From: Candidatus Zixiibacteriota bacterium | Lineage (GTDB): Bacteria > RBG-13-66-14 > B26-G2 > WVWN01 | DNA: 64,000 nucleotides | Direction: 5' to 3' | Assembly: GCA_050117845.1 (NCBI GenBank) | Contig: JASFLY010000001.1 | Span: 32,001 to 96,000 of the forward strand | Position numbers and translations under genes: made by a program | In this document: in pieces, positions 19,033-29,625 of the stretch | How positions within the stretch are numbered: position 1 is the stretch's first letter | How the letters are laid out: the number at the start of each line of letters is the position of its first letter | The notes under the pieces: model-generated | The model's input: the letters and a program-made list of their open reading frames with translations, nothing else | Database searches by the model: none | What the model was told of the DNA's origin: nothing

Positions 19033-20163
19033 ATGCGAGCGAATAATATTTTATCCCTCCCGGTTATCGTAATCCTTTCCACGTCTTTTTTCTCTCTATC
19101 ATGCGAAGATGCCACCGGCGCGGAGGCCGAAACGTTCTCCGGCGCGATCGTGGATACCGGCCAAACCAAATACTACGACAATTACCGGGAAATCTCCGCC
19201 CCTTCCGCTGGCGGTAAATTCTACGGCCAGGACGCGCAATATGACGGCGTCGCGTTCAGCTACCGCGACAACGGCGACGGTACGGTAACGGACCTCAACA
19301 CCGGCCTGATGTGGCAACAAACGCCGGACTTCGACAGCCGAAGGACTTGGTACGAAGCCGGGGAATACGCCGACGGGTTGACGCTGGCGGGATACGACGA
19401 CTGGCGCCTCCCGACGATAAAGGAGTTGACGTCCATCGCCGCGTTCGACGGCGGCATCGAAACCCGCACGCCCTACCTGGATACGCGCTATTTCTACTTC
19501 GAATACCCCGGCCCGCCGTACCGCGAGATCGACGCCCAATTCTGGTCCAGCAACCTTTACTTGGGGACCATTTTCGGCAACGACGAAGGCGCCTTCGGCT
19601 TCAACTTCGCGGACGCCCATATCAAAGCCTACCCCACGCAAGGCGGCCCCAGCGGCGGGTTCTTCGTCCGCTGTGTCCGGGGCGATAGCTACGGCGTCAA
19701 CGACTTCACGGCCAACGGCGACGGCACGGTGACGGACCGCAATACGGGCCTTATGTGGCAACAAATGGACGACGGCGTAGGCCGGAACTGGGAAGAGGCG
19801 CTGGCGTACGCTGAAGGCCTGACGCTCGCCGGTTACGACGACTGGCGACTGCCGAACGCCAAAGAATTGCAGAGTATCGTGGATTACGATAGCGAAGCGC
19901 CGGCTATCGATACGGCATTCGGCATGAGCGACCCTGATGGATGGTTCTGGACGAGCACTACTCACGGCGACGACATACGGAGCGCCGCATACATAGCCTT
20001 CGGCAGGGCTACCGACTACGCCGGCACGGACGTCCACGGAGCCGGGGCACTGCGGAGCGACCCCAAACAGGGCGACCCGAACGACTACCCGCAGGGCAGA
20101 GGCCCCCAAAACGACGACGTCCGGATATACAACTACGTCCGTTGCGTCAGGGATGCGGATTAA
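19033..20163 (+). CDS. lipoprotein with two DUF1566 (Lcl C-terminal) domains
   Basis: Lipobox SLSC; twice NGDGTVTD.NTGLMWQQ...LAGYDDWRLP..KEL...VRCVR. Confidence 0.9.
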   Translation: MRANNILSLPVIVILSTSFFSLSCEDATGAEAETFSGAIVDTGQTKYYDNYREISAPSAGGKFYGQDAQYDGVAFSYRDNGDGTVTDLNTGLMWQQTPDFDSRRTWYEAGEYADGLTLAGYDDWRLPTIKELTSIAAFDGGIETRTPYLDTRYFYFEYPGPPYREIDAQFWSSNLYLGTIFGNDEGAFGFNFADAHIKAYPTQGGPSGGFFVRCVRGDSYGVNDFTANGDGTVTDRNTGLMWQQMDDGVGRNWEEALAYAEGLTLAGYDDWRLPNAKELQSIVDYDSEAPAIDTAFGMSDPDGWFWTSTTHGDDIRSAAYIAFGRATDYAGTDVHGAGALRSDPKQGDPNDYPQGRGPQNDDVRIYNYVRCVRDAD

Positions 20164-20205
20164 CGGGGACTACTCCCCACTCCGGGAGCCGCGGATAAAA
20201 ATCGC

Positions 20206-20231
20206 GAAACCCCGCCCTCGGGCGGGGTTTC
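20206..20231 (+). terminator. probable terminator
   Basis: GAAACCCCGCC-ctcg-GGCGGGGTTTC. Confidence 0.6.
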
Positions 20232-20278
20232 CGTTTCCCCTTTGACCGGGCGCCGGCCCTTATGGTATTCTTGCCATC

Positions 20279-21514
20279 ATGTTGGGGCGACTCCTTATAG
20301 TAGCGGCGGTTCTGGCGTCCTACCTGGCCGGGGCCCCGGCGGCCTGGGCGGCCGAGGAAAAAGCGCGGCCCCTGGCCCACCGGGACCTCGTCCTCGACCT
20401 CGGCCCCAAACTCCCGGAACCCGAGAAAGAGGCCTTAAGCGACCCCCGCTTCGCCGCGGCGAGCCGTTACACCACGGCCCGGCAAATAAGTTCCATCGCG
20501 GCCGGCATCTTCATCGTCGCCGGCCTCTTGGCCTTCTACTTCGTTGGCGGCCCGGCCTGGGTGGAACGGAAGACTAAGGGCCGGCCCTTCGCCGCTACGC
20601 TTCTAACGGCGGGGGCCGTCGGCTCTATCCCAACGGCCGTATTCCTGGCCGCGGCCGTCGTCCGAGCGGTCTACCTCAAAGGGGCCGGCGTACCTATTTC
20701 GGCCGTGGCGGTCGTCGCCCCGCCGGTATGCTACGGCCTCGGCGCCGCGGCGTTCACGTTCGCGGTTGGCTCGGCCCGGACGTACTGGCCGCGCTCCTGG
20801 TGGATCGCGATAACGGCGGCGGCCGTCGCAGCCGCGGTAGGAGGACTACTATTCCTGCCCTTCCCGCCGGCGGACCGTCCCGCTTCGCCCACCGGCGGCT
20901 TCCTGGCGGAACGGGCGCAATACCTCTCCAGCCAATACGAATTTACGCCGTACGAAATCGCCGTGGAACGCCGGGGGCCGGGAGCCGGCACCATCACCGC
21001 GGTCGCCCTCCCGGCGCGCCGCAAGGTAGTCGCGACCGAAGGCGCCGAGTCGCTCAACCGATACGAGGCCGAAGTTCTCCTCGCGACGGCTATCAGGCGA
21101 GCGGAGGCCCGGCAAAAAAGCCTCCTGGGCGCGGCGGCGCTCGTGGCCTTCATGGCCGCCCTACTCCTCGCGGAGTACGCCGCCGGCCGCCTCGCCCTCC
21201 TAAAGGAAAGCCGCCGGGGCGCCCCGGCTGACGACCTCTCGGCGTTCGCAGCCGTCTTCGTGGCCGTCTGCCTTTTGGGCCTAGTACTCTTCAACGCGTG
21301 GCACCGGCACCTCGCCCGACAAGTCGACGAGGAGGTCGTTACGCTCACCCGCAAGCCGTTGGCCGCCGTCACCCTCTACTACCGCGAGGCCGCCGCCAAC
21401 CTCGCCGCCGCCGAACCGAACCCTATCCTCCATTTCCTGGCCGACGCCTACCCCTCCCCCGCCGAACGCGCGGCCGAAGCGCGTCGTCTGCGCCGGGAAC
21501 TGGCCCGGGAATAA
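20279..21514 (+). CDS. M48/Ste24-like membrane protein lacking HExxH
   Basis: Multi-TM; WPRSWWI, EAEVLLATAI in place of E..AVLAHE.GH, NL....PNP.......YPS..ER. Confidence 0.6.
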   Translation: MLGRLLIVAAVLASYLAGAPAAWAAEEKARPLAHRDLVLDLGPKLPEPEKEALSDPRFAAASRYTTARQISSIAAGIFIVAGLLAFYFVGGPAWVERKTKGRPFAATLLTAGAVGSIPTAVFLAAAVVRAVYLKGAGVPISAVAVVAPPVCYGLGAAAFTFAVGSARTYWPRSWWIAITAAAVAAAVGGLLFLPFPPADRPASPTGGFLAERAQYLSSQYEFTPYEIAVERRGPGAGTITAVALPARRKVVATEGAESLNRYEAEVLLATAIRRAEARQKSLLGAAALVAFMAALLLAEYAAGRLALLKESRRGAPADDLSAFAAVFVAVCLLGLVLFNAWHRHLARQVDEEVVTLTRKPLAAVTLYYREAAANLAAAEPNPILHFLADAYPSPAERAAEARRLRRELARE

Positions 21515-21540
21515 AAAACCGCGGCTCTCCCGGAGCCGCG
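21513..21540 (-). terminator. intrinsic terminator
   Basis: A6 then CGCGGCTC-tcccg-GAGCCGCG. Confidence 0.65.
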
Positions 21541-21569
21541 TATTCCGCACAAACCGCCGCATTCGCCGC

Positions 21570-22550
21570 TTAATCGTTAAATCGATTAACGCCGCCGTCG
21601 AGCGTCCCCACCCACATATAACCCAATTTATCGCCGTAAACGCAACGGGCGTAGTTGCTTAAAAGGCCCCGGTCGCGGTCGTAGGCGACGAAACCACCGC
21701 CGTAGGACCGGGCGACGCCGCCCCCGGCCGTAGCGACCCAGACCTCGCCGTTGGCCCGATAAGCGATATCGTTAATGATGTCGGCCTTCAACACCGAATT
21801 GCCGGTATCGTACGTGCGGACGAACTCGCCGTCCCGGAACAAAGCCAAGCCCCGGTCCGTGCCTATCCAGGTCTCGTCGTCGCGGGCCGCTACGGTATAA
21901 ACGTTGTCCGAGGGGAGGTTGTTTTTTAAAGTCGTATATTCCGTAACCGTCCCGTGATCATAAAACGCCGCGCCGCCGATGCACGCCGCCCACACCTGGT
22001 CGACGCCCACGGCGTACACGTCCCAAACGTCGTCGCCGGGAAGGCCGGAGGTACTATTAATAACCGTGAACCCCGGGTCGTCGTACCGGGCCAAGCCGGA
22101 CCGCGTCGCGAACCAAACCTTTTCGCCGTCGAAGACGATTTCGTTCACCCAATTCGACGGGAGTCCCTCGGCACCGCCGAACGGCGTAACCTCCCCGTCG
22201 CGCACCAAGGCCGCACCCAAATACGTCCCGATCCAAACGTCGTCGTTCGGCAATACGGCGAGGCCGAAGATCCCCTCCGCCGGCATCCCGTTCGTTACGT
22301 CGTATATTACCCACTCCGAGCCGTTGTTGTACGCCAGGCCCGCGCCGGTCGCGAACCACGAACACGTCTCGTCGGCGTAGACGCCGTAAACGGTGTTGGA
22401 AGGCAGGTCCCCTTGTTCCTCGGTGATGTAGAACCAGGAAGGTTCCGTTAAAACCTCATCGTCGTTGCAGGCGATGCCGCAAAAGGCCGCGACGGCCGCG
22501 GCCGGAATCGCAACGCGTACGATTATCGTCCTAATCATCGCTACCCACAT
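21570..22550 (-). CDS. beta-propeller lipoprotein (Reg_prop repeats)
   Basis: Lipobox GIAC; about seven repeats of GLPSN.V......WIGT..GL. Confidence 0.85.
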   Translation of the reverse strand: MWVAMIRTIIVRVAIPAAAVAAFCGIACNDDEVLTEPSWFYITEEQGDLPSNTVYGVYADETCSWFATGAGLAYNNGSEWVIYDVTNGMPAEGIFGLAVLPNDDVWIGTYLGAALVRDGEVTPFGGAEGLPSNWVNEIVFDGEKVWFATRSGLARYDDPGFTVINSTSGLPGDDVWDVYAVGVDQVWAACIGGAAFYDHGTVTEYTTLKNNLPSDNVYTVAARDDETWIGTDRGLALFRDGEFVRTYDTGNSVLKADIINDIAYRANGEVWVATAGGGVARSYGGGFVAYDRDRGLLSNYARCVYGDKLGYMWVGTLDGGVNRFND

Positions 22551-22920
22551 AAGCTATCGCGGCGATTTCGACGAGCGCCCCCAAGGGAAGGCCCGCGGCC
22601 TGGATCGCGAAACGGGCGGGAGGCCGGTCCCCCGCGAATTCGCCGTATACTTCGTTAACGGCCGCGAAGTCCGCGAAATCCGCCAGGAATACTTCCGCCC
22701 TCACGACGTCTTCCCAGCCGGCGCCACCAGCTTCCAGGACCGCCGTTAAATTGACCATTACCTGCCGGGCCTGGGCGGACGCGCTATCGCCGACCATCTC
22801 TCCGCTTTCCGGGTCGAGGGCAATCTGGCCGGCCGTAAAAAGGAACCCGCCGGCCAATGTCGCCTGGGAATACGGGCCTATAGCCGCCGGGGCCGCATCG
22901 GTCTCAATTATCTTCTTCAA
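22531..22920 (-). CDS. ridA: RidA/YjgF family enamine deaminase
   Basis: APAAIGPYSQA, GQIALDP, NEVY, PPAR, LP.GALVEI. Confidence 0.92.
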   Translation of the reverse strand: MKKIIETDAAPAAIGPYSQATLAGGFLFTAGQIALDPESGEMVGDSASAQARQVMVNLTAVLEAGGAGWEDVVRAEVFLADFADFAAVNEVYGEFAGDRPPARFAIQAAGLPLGALVEIAAIAYVGSDD

Positions 22921-24103
22921 CGGAGTCCCCTTCGGATTCGGGCGCGGCGGTTCCCCCGCCGTCGCGTTCGCTTTCTAGCGCGAGGACCGACTGCTCCAGT
23001 TCGTCGTCGTACATCTCGAGCAGGCTCTCGTCGTCCTTCTTTTTCCGCAATATGGTGTAGATTATCGTCTGTCCGACGGTGTTAACGTTAATGGCGTAGG
23101 CCACGACGATACCCAGGACCACGAGGAGGCCGAGGGATATTAGCGTCGCGGCGATAGCCTGCGGCCACGGCAGGGGAAGGACCACGTCGTGCCAGGCGCC
23201 CAAGGGACAAGTAATCGATTCGGAAATAGAGCCGAGTACCGGGCAATTACCCGGATACGCGCCCCGGCACCAGCTCGGAAGAACGCGGCCCGCCGCCGCG
23301 AACGCCAGGCCGAACTTCGACCCCATGGGAACGTATAGCGCGGAATATACCACGGCCAACGCCAGCGAGGAGAAACACGCGAATAACGCCCCCGACGTCA
23401 CCGTCAGGAAGCGTAACAGCATGTTATATAGGACCAATCGCCACGGCTGGCTCGACAGCGTGGAGAACAGCTCGAAAGAGGTTTCAAACGTGTCGTCGCC
23501 GGTCGTCGCGACTATCGCGGGAGTAAGCCGGAACGACAGCAAGAAAACGATCGTGAGGAAAAGGAAAAGAAGAGCGCCAGCGAAAAGGGGAACGAAGGAA
23601 AGCGACGCGACGATATCGCCGAACCAAGGTATCTTTCCTACCAAGCCTACCAAAAGGCCGGCGCCGAAAAGGAGCGCCAGCGACGCCAGAACCGCGAGCG
23701 GCGTGAATACCACCGGCCGCCAATGGCGCCGGACGTACCGGCCTGCCTCCCGGCGCGAGTAGAAGTCGTTCCCCCGCAACTGCTCGATGGTTATCTTCGC
23801 CACCGCCGCCATCGCGAGGAAATTTACGACGAAAAAGGCCAGCGCGCCGACGACCCATAATAGTACGCCGGCGGCGTTCAGCGGATACGTGCCGTAAGCG
23901 AGCGCTACGGGAGGGAAGAGGTAATACGAACTCCAGATCCTGTAAACGTCGCCGCCCGAAACGGCGAACGCGAGGTAGGCGCAAATATTATATATTACTA
24001 GGCCCAGTGCCAAGGCCCGGAACTGCGTCCAGATCTTTTTCGCACTGAGAGCAAGGCGGGGCGCCCGGAAGATATCAATGAAGTTGAATCGGAAGTCGAT
24101 CAT
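22904..24103 (-). CDS. hypothetical polytopic membrane protein
   Basis: 399 aa, six or more hydrophobic helices, acidic tail, overlaps ridA start. Confidence 0.8.
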   Translation of the reverse strand: MIDFRFNFIDIFRAPRLALSAKKIWTQFRALALGLVIYNICAYLAFAVSGGDVYRIWSSYYLFPPVALAYGTYPLNAAGVLLWVVGALAFFVVNFLAMAAVAKITIEQLRGNDFYSRREAGRYVRRHWRPVVFTPLAVLASLALLFGAGLLVGLVGKIPWFGDIVASLSFVPLFAGALLFLFLTIVFLLSFRLTPAIVATTGDDTFETSFELFSTLSSQPWRLVLYNMLLRFLTVTSGALFACFSSLALAVVYSALYVPMGSKFGLAFAAAGRVLPSWCRGAYPGNCPVLGSISESITCPLGAWHDVVLPLPWPQAIAATLISLGLLVVLGIVVAYAINVNTVGQTIIYTILRKKKDDESLLEMYDDELEQSVLALESERDGGGTAAPESEGDSVEEDN

Positions 24104-24143
24104 CTTCCCTCCTTAGCGCGGAGAACTCGGAGCGACCTCGCCC

Positions 24144-24791
24144 TTAGCCCTTCGGTATCTTTTCGTAATCTTCCAGGAATTTCTTCATCCCGATATCGGT
24201 CAGCGGGTGCTTGATCATCTTGTCGATGACCGCCGGCGGGACCGTTACGATGTCGGCGCCGATACGGCCGGCCTCCAACACGTGGAGGGGGTGACGCACG
24301 CTCGCGACTACGACCTCGGTCTCGAAATCGTAGTTCTCGTATATCGTAACGATATCCTCGATAATCTCCATGCCGGTATGGCTGATGTCGTCGAGCCTGC
24401 CGATAAAGGGACTGCAAAACTTCGCCCCGGCCTTGGCCACCACGAGCGCCTGCATCGGCGAGAATATCAACGTAACGTTGGTCGGGATACCCTCGTCGGC
24501 CAGCCGGCGGACGGCTTTTACCCCTTCCTCGAAACACGGGATTTTCGACACGAAATTCGGGCCGCGTTCGTAGTAGCGCCGGGCTTCCTCGACGATGCCG
24601 TCGGCGTCCGGGCTCACCGCCTCGACGTTAATGGGTCCCTCACAAATCTTCGCTATCTCGTCGTAGAGTTTGTCGGCGGGCATATTCTCTTTGGCGACGA
24701 GAGTGGGATTGGTCGTAACGCCGTCGAGCAAACCCAGGTCGGCAGCCCGTTTGATAGCATCCAAATTCGCGGTATCGAGAAAGAGCTTCAT
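24144..24791 (-). CDS. tal: transaldolase (TalC/FSA family)
   Basis: FLDTAN, GVTTNPTL, SKIP (Schiff-base Lys), NVTLIFS, SPFIGRLDD, ASVRHP. Confidence 0.93.
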   Translation of the reverse strand: MKLFLDTANLDAIKRAADLGLLDGVTTNPTLVAKENMPADKLYDEIAKICEGPINVEAVSPDADGIVEEARRYYERGPNFVSKIPCFEEGVKAVRRLADEGIPTNVTLIFSPMQALVVAKAGAKFCSPFIGRLDDISHTGMEIIEDIVTIYENYDFETEVVVASVRHPLHVLEAGRIGADIVTVPPAVIDKMIKHPLTDIGMKKFLEDYEKIPKG

Positions 24792-24840
24792 TCCTTTATA
24801 ACCTCCGTGTAAACGAGTAGGATTTCCGGCCGCGGGCCGA

Positions 24841-25917
24841 CTACTTACTTTCGTGCCGCCCCGGCGAATCCCAGAACGTAGTTTCGCTTCCTTCCGCCCA
24901 ATCCTCGGCGTCGATTTCGAGCCGGTTGGTGTCGAACTCCGAGAACGACGCGATATGACGCCCGAAGCCCGGTTCCGTCGAAGCGTAGATATTATAAACG
25001 CCGTCGCCTATTTCGTCGACGAACAAAAAGAGCATCCGGCGGCCGCCCTCACCACCCTGATAATACTTCCAGGTCTGGTAAGCTTTCGTGTCCCAGGTGG
25101 ACATTTCGAAGCTGGTGAGCGATTGGCCGCTGGTATGGTCCTCGAGGTCGTGCGGCGGGCCGTAGAGCAGGTATACCCGACCCCGGTCGGTCCGCAGGCC
25201 CTCATATATGGGGTCCGAGTAGTGCTTCTGGACGTAATCCACCCGCCGCCAGAATTCCTCCCGGTATTCGTTCTCCGGCGTTTCCGGATCCGGGTCGCGC
25301 CGCACCCAGAACTTATCGAGCATCATGCTTTTTCCACGCGGCGAAAGAATGTCGAACAAGGCCATCTCTTCGTCCGCGGCGATTATCGACAACGCGCGGC
25401 GAGCTTCTTTCTCTTCGCGCGGCAATTCCCGGACCTCGTCGGGGAACAGGACGCCGAATTGCTCGGCGCCGCTCATGCCGCGGATTAACTCCTCGGTCAA
25501 TAAGCGCAAATCCTGATGCTCGCCGTCGTAGGAGGCCGCAACCTTGCCGGCGACGAGGTCGTTAACCAATACCTGGACGAAGTATTTATCGTTTTCGTAA
25601 GTTACCGAACCCGTAATCACGGTATCGTTCTCCAGGGCCTTGCCCAAGCGGGAAACGTCCTTGAAAGTCGTGAGATCGAGGCCGGCGTCTACCGCGGCCA
25701 TAACCGCGCTTTCCATTCGGCGGTAACGTTCCACTTCGTAATTGTCGGCGCTATAGAACATCAGGCGGATGTTATCCGCAACGTCCATACCGTCATCCAC
25801 GGTCGCGCCGCCGTACGCCTGGAAATCGATTACCGATACGCTCGTCGGTTCGGCTATGGCTCCCACGGCGAGGGCGGCCATCGCGACCGACACTACCACC
25901 CATTTATTATATCCCAT
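24841..25917 (-). CDS. secreted GWxTD-domain protein with CsgG/FlgO-like N-domain
   Basis: Signal peptide; FW.RRDPDPETPENE...EF..RV.Y....Y....GLRTDRGRVY..YGPP. Confidence 0.85.
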   Translation of the reverse strand: MGYNKWVVVSVAMAALAVGAIAEPTSVSVIDFQAYGGATVDDGMDVADNIRLMFYSADNYEVERYRRMESAVMAAVDAGLDLTTFKDVSRLGKALENDTVITGSVTYENDKYFVQVLVNDLVAGKVAASYDGEHQDLRLLTEELIRGMSGAEQFGVLFPDEVRELPREEKEARRALSIIAADEEMALFDILSPRGKSMMLDKFWVRRDPDPETPENEYREEFWRRVDYVQKHYSDPIYEGLRTDRGRVYLLYGPPHDLEDHTSGQSLTSFEMSTWDTKAYQTWKYYQGGEGGRRMLFLFVDEIGDGVYNIYASTEPGFGRHIASFSEFDTNRLEIDAEDWAEGSETTFWDSPGRHESK

Positions 25918-25971
25918 CTTATATCAACCTCTCTTTATATATCAGATTACCGTTATCTTACGCCATCGTTT

Positions 25972-26063
25972 GATTATAATAAACGGCCCGGGTAAATGCA
26001 AATAAAAACCCAAACGGGATAACCGCGTTTTAGGTTGACACCGGCCAAGGGCCTTATTATATT
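25972..26063. promoter_or_regulatory. divergent sigma70-like promoters (GWxTD gene / EAL gene)
   Basis: Minus TTGCAT-17-TATAAT; plus TTGACA(26035)-17-TATATT. Confidence 0.65.
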
Positions 26064-26107
26064 CGAATTAGCTGAATTCCTTACGGCTCAGGCAGGTATC
26101 GCGCACT

Positions 26108-27496
26108 ATGGCCGAAATTGAAAAACCCGCCACCGGGGGAAAACACCCTAGTGGCAGGACGCTTTGGCTCCGCCTCCAAACATTACTAACTGATAAAATA
26201 AGCTCGCTGCCCACTCTCGCCGCCAGGATGGGTGACGTGCGGGCTTCGTTGGAAGAGTGCGGCGCCGTGGGCCTTATTTACGTTATGGTCCCTCGCGCCG
26301 ACGACCTTGAGGCCCTATACGGTTGGCAGTATTATGACGAATTCATCGCCGATATCGGATCTGTATTAAATAAATTCCAGAAGACTTTTCTCAAATCAGA
26401 AGATGCGGTCGTAGCTCGCGATATTCAGGCCTCCGAATTCCTGATCGTCGTCCGGCCTTCGTCCGACGACAGGCCGGAAGAAGTCGCCCCGGACAGGCTC
26501 GAGACGTTAAGAACACAACTCCTAAATTACATCGAGTCCGAACGCAACCAGGACATCCTCCGCGGCCACCAACAACTCCATTTCCTAACGGCCAACGCGC
26601 GGATTATCCATAATTTGTTCTCCAGGCCGGAACGGCTCATCCTGGCCGCCGTCGAGGATGCCAGACGATCGGCTATCGCGGCGGCCGAAAGCGAAACGCT
26701 ACGCCAGAAAGAACTCCTTAAACGGATAATCGTACGCGAGGAAGTGGAGGTCCTATACCAACCGATAGTATCGCTCAAGGATTATTCCATTTTCGGGTTC
26801 GAGGCTTTGTCGGCGGCCGCCGGGGGAAGCGGCATCGAAGGGGCGGAAATGCTGTTCGCGTTGGCCGACGAAGTCAACCTCTCGGTCCAACTCGACCGCG
26901 TATGCCGTCGCCGGGCTTTCAACCACGCCCATCGGTGGATAGGCGGCGCGCAACTCTTCCTCAACACCAACCCTCGAACCATTGAGGAAATAGGCACCCG
27001 GGAGGACGCGCTCTTCCACCTCTTCCAGGACGGCGGCGTATCTCCGGAGAGCCTGGTACTCGAGATAACGGAACGTTCCGCCATCGGCAACCTGGCCGTT
27101 TTCGAGGCCACGTTGAACCGCTTCCGCGATCACGGCATCGGCGTCGCGGTGGACGACGCCGGGGCCGGATACGCCAGCCTCAACACCATCGCGCGCCTCA
27201 AACCCGATTACCTCAAGTTCGACATGGCGCTGGTTCGCGATATCGACAAGGACAGGGTCAAACAGGAGCTTTTATCGACGGTGCAGGAACTCGGACATCG
27301 GGTCAACGCCCAGGTCATCGCCGAAGGCATAGAAACGACCGCGGAACTCGAAACGCTAACGCGGGCCGGCGTCGACTACGGCCAGGGGTATCTACTCTCT
27401 CGGCCCAAGCCGGCGGCGGACATCGAACGACTATTCCCCCACGAGCCGTCGGGATTGATCGAATATCGGCCCCAAGCCGATACGCTGGAGGGTTAA
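26108..27496 (+). CDS. EAL-domain protein with degenerate GGDEF-like N-terminus
   Basis: YQPIV, FEALS, LFLN, LEITE, DDAGAGY, YLKFD, AEGIE, GQGYL. Confidence 0.92.
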   Translation: MAEIEKPATGGKHPSGRTLWLRLQTLLTDKISSLPTLAARMGDVRASLEECGAVGLIYVMVPRADDLEALYGWQYYDEFIADIGSVLNKFQKTFLKSEDAVVARDIQASEFLIVVRPSSDDRPEEVAPDRLETLRTQLLNYIESERNQDILRGHQQLHFLTANARIIHNLFSRPERLILAAVEDARRSAIAAAESETLRQKELLKRIIVREEVEVLYQPIVSLKDYSIFGFEALSAAAGGSGIEGAEMLFALADEVNLSVQLDRVCRRRAFNHAHRWIGGAQLFLNTNPRTIEEIGTREDALFHLFQDGGVSPESLVLEITERSAIGNLAVFEATLNRFRDHGIGVAVDDAGAGYASLNTIARLKPDYLKFDMALVRDIDKDRVKQELLSTVQELGHRVNAQVIAEGIETTAELETLTRAGVDYGQGYLLSRPKPAADIERLFPHEPSGLIEYRPQADTLEG

Positions 27497-27503
27497 TTCC
27501 TCA

Positions 27504-27869
27504 ATGAAGAAAAAAATACTCGTAGTCGACGACGAAGAAAGTATCCGCCTCGTCGTATCCTTTACGCTGGAGCAGGCCGGTTACGACGTGGAGAACGCCG
27601 CCAACGGCGACGACTGTCTGGAGAAAGTCTATTCCTTCTCCCCCGACCTCGTCCTGTTGGACCTGATGATGCCGCTGGTAGACGGTTGGGAAGTGCTGAA
27701 CCTGCTGCGGTCCAACCCCGAGACCGAGCGGATCCCGGTTATCCTGCTCACCGCCAAGGGCGAGATCCGCGATAAAATGTTCGCCCTTCAGCAGGGCGCG
27801 TCCGACTACGTTACCAAGCCCTTCAGCAAAGAGGAATTGCTCTCACGGATATCCCAAGCCCTGGTCTAG
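27504..27869 (+). CDS. single-domain response regulator (receiver)
   Basis: ILVVDDE, LLDLMMP..DG, LLTA, YVTKPF. Confidence 0.95.
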   Translation: MKKKILVVDDEESIRLVVSFTLEQAGYDVENAANGDDCLEKVYSFSPDLVLLDLMMPLVDGWEVLNLLRSNPETERIPVILLTAKGEIRDKMFALQQGASDYVTKPFSKEELLSRISQALV

Positions 27870-27890
27870 CGGCCGGCGGCCCTCGAAAAT

Positions 27891-27914
27891 AAAACCCGCC
27901 CCTGGGGGCGGGTT
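27891..27914. terminator. terminator between convergent genes
   Basis: AACCCGCCCC-tg-GGGGCGGGTT inverted repeat with upstream A run. Confidence 0.6.
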
Positions 27915-27944
27915 ATCGTATTCACGGGCGCCGGGGCTTCCGGC

Positions 27945-29000
<1,056 letters not shown>

Positions 29001-29133
29001 TCAAGTATTGAGCTTTCTCGGCATCGTAACACAGCGCCCGTTCCCCCGCAAGTCCAAACGCCGACGAGGCCGGGCGGAACCGGCGGGACACTTGACTAAA
29101 GTTACGCTCCCTAGTATCATTAACCGAACGCTT

Positions 29134-29619
29134 ATGGATCGTGTCGCCGTTATAGCCGATTCGCACGACAACCTGCGCATGATCGAACGCGCCGTCTCCG
29201 CCATCAACGACTGGGGCGCCGACCTCGTTCTGCACTGCGGCGACTTCGTGTCGCCGTTCACCGCCGGGCCCTTCGGCGCCCTCGCGGCCCCGCTCGAAGG
29301 CGTTTTCGGGAACAACGACGGCGACCGCGCCGCGCTCAAGAAAGCGTTCGCGGACATAGGCGACATTCACCCCGACCCGTACCGGTTCACATTCAACGGC
29401 CTTTCCATACTCATAACGCACAAACCGCGTCTCGCCCGCGAGGCTGCCACGGCGCCCGGCTACGACCTCATCGCTTTCGGCCACGACCATCGGGTCCGCG
29501 TCGAGCACGGCGAATCGCTCGTAATCTGCCCCGGGGAGCTGGGCGCCTGGGTTTCGGGCCGGGCGACGATGGCGCTGGTGGACGTCCGCATCGGCAACGT
29601 GGACATAGCTTACCTCTGA
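29134..29619 (+). CDS. YfcE/MJ0936-type metallophosphoesterase
   Basis: DSHDN, HCGD, GNND, TH, GHDH, CPGE. Confidence 0.9.
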   Translation: MDRVAVIADSHDNLRMIERAVSAINDWGADLVLHCGDFVSPFTAGPFGALAAPLEGVFGNNDGDRAALKKAFADIGDIHPDPYRFTFNGLSILITHKPRLAREAATAPGYDLIAFGHDHRVRVEHGESLVICPGELGAWVSGRATMALVDVRIGNVDIAYL

Positions 29620-29625
29620 CACATT

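Noticed and set aside
19033..20163. DUF1566 gene as diversity-generating retroelement target
   Set aside because: Internal repeat is a diverged in-frame domain duplication; no reverse transcriptase or adenine-specific template repeat seen
17636..20240. Integrative element at tRNA-Val
   Set aside because: No integrase and no duplicated tRNA 3' end found
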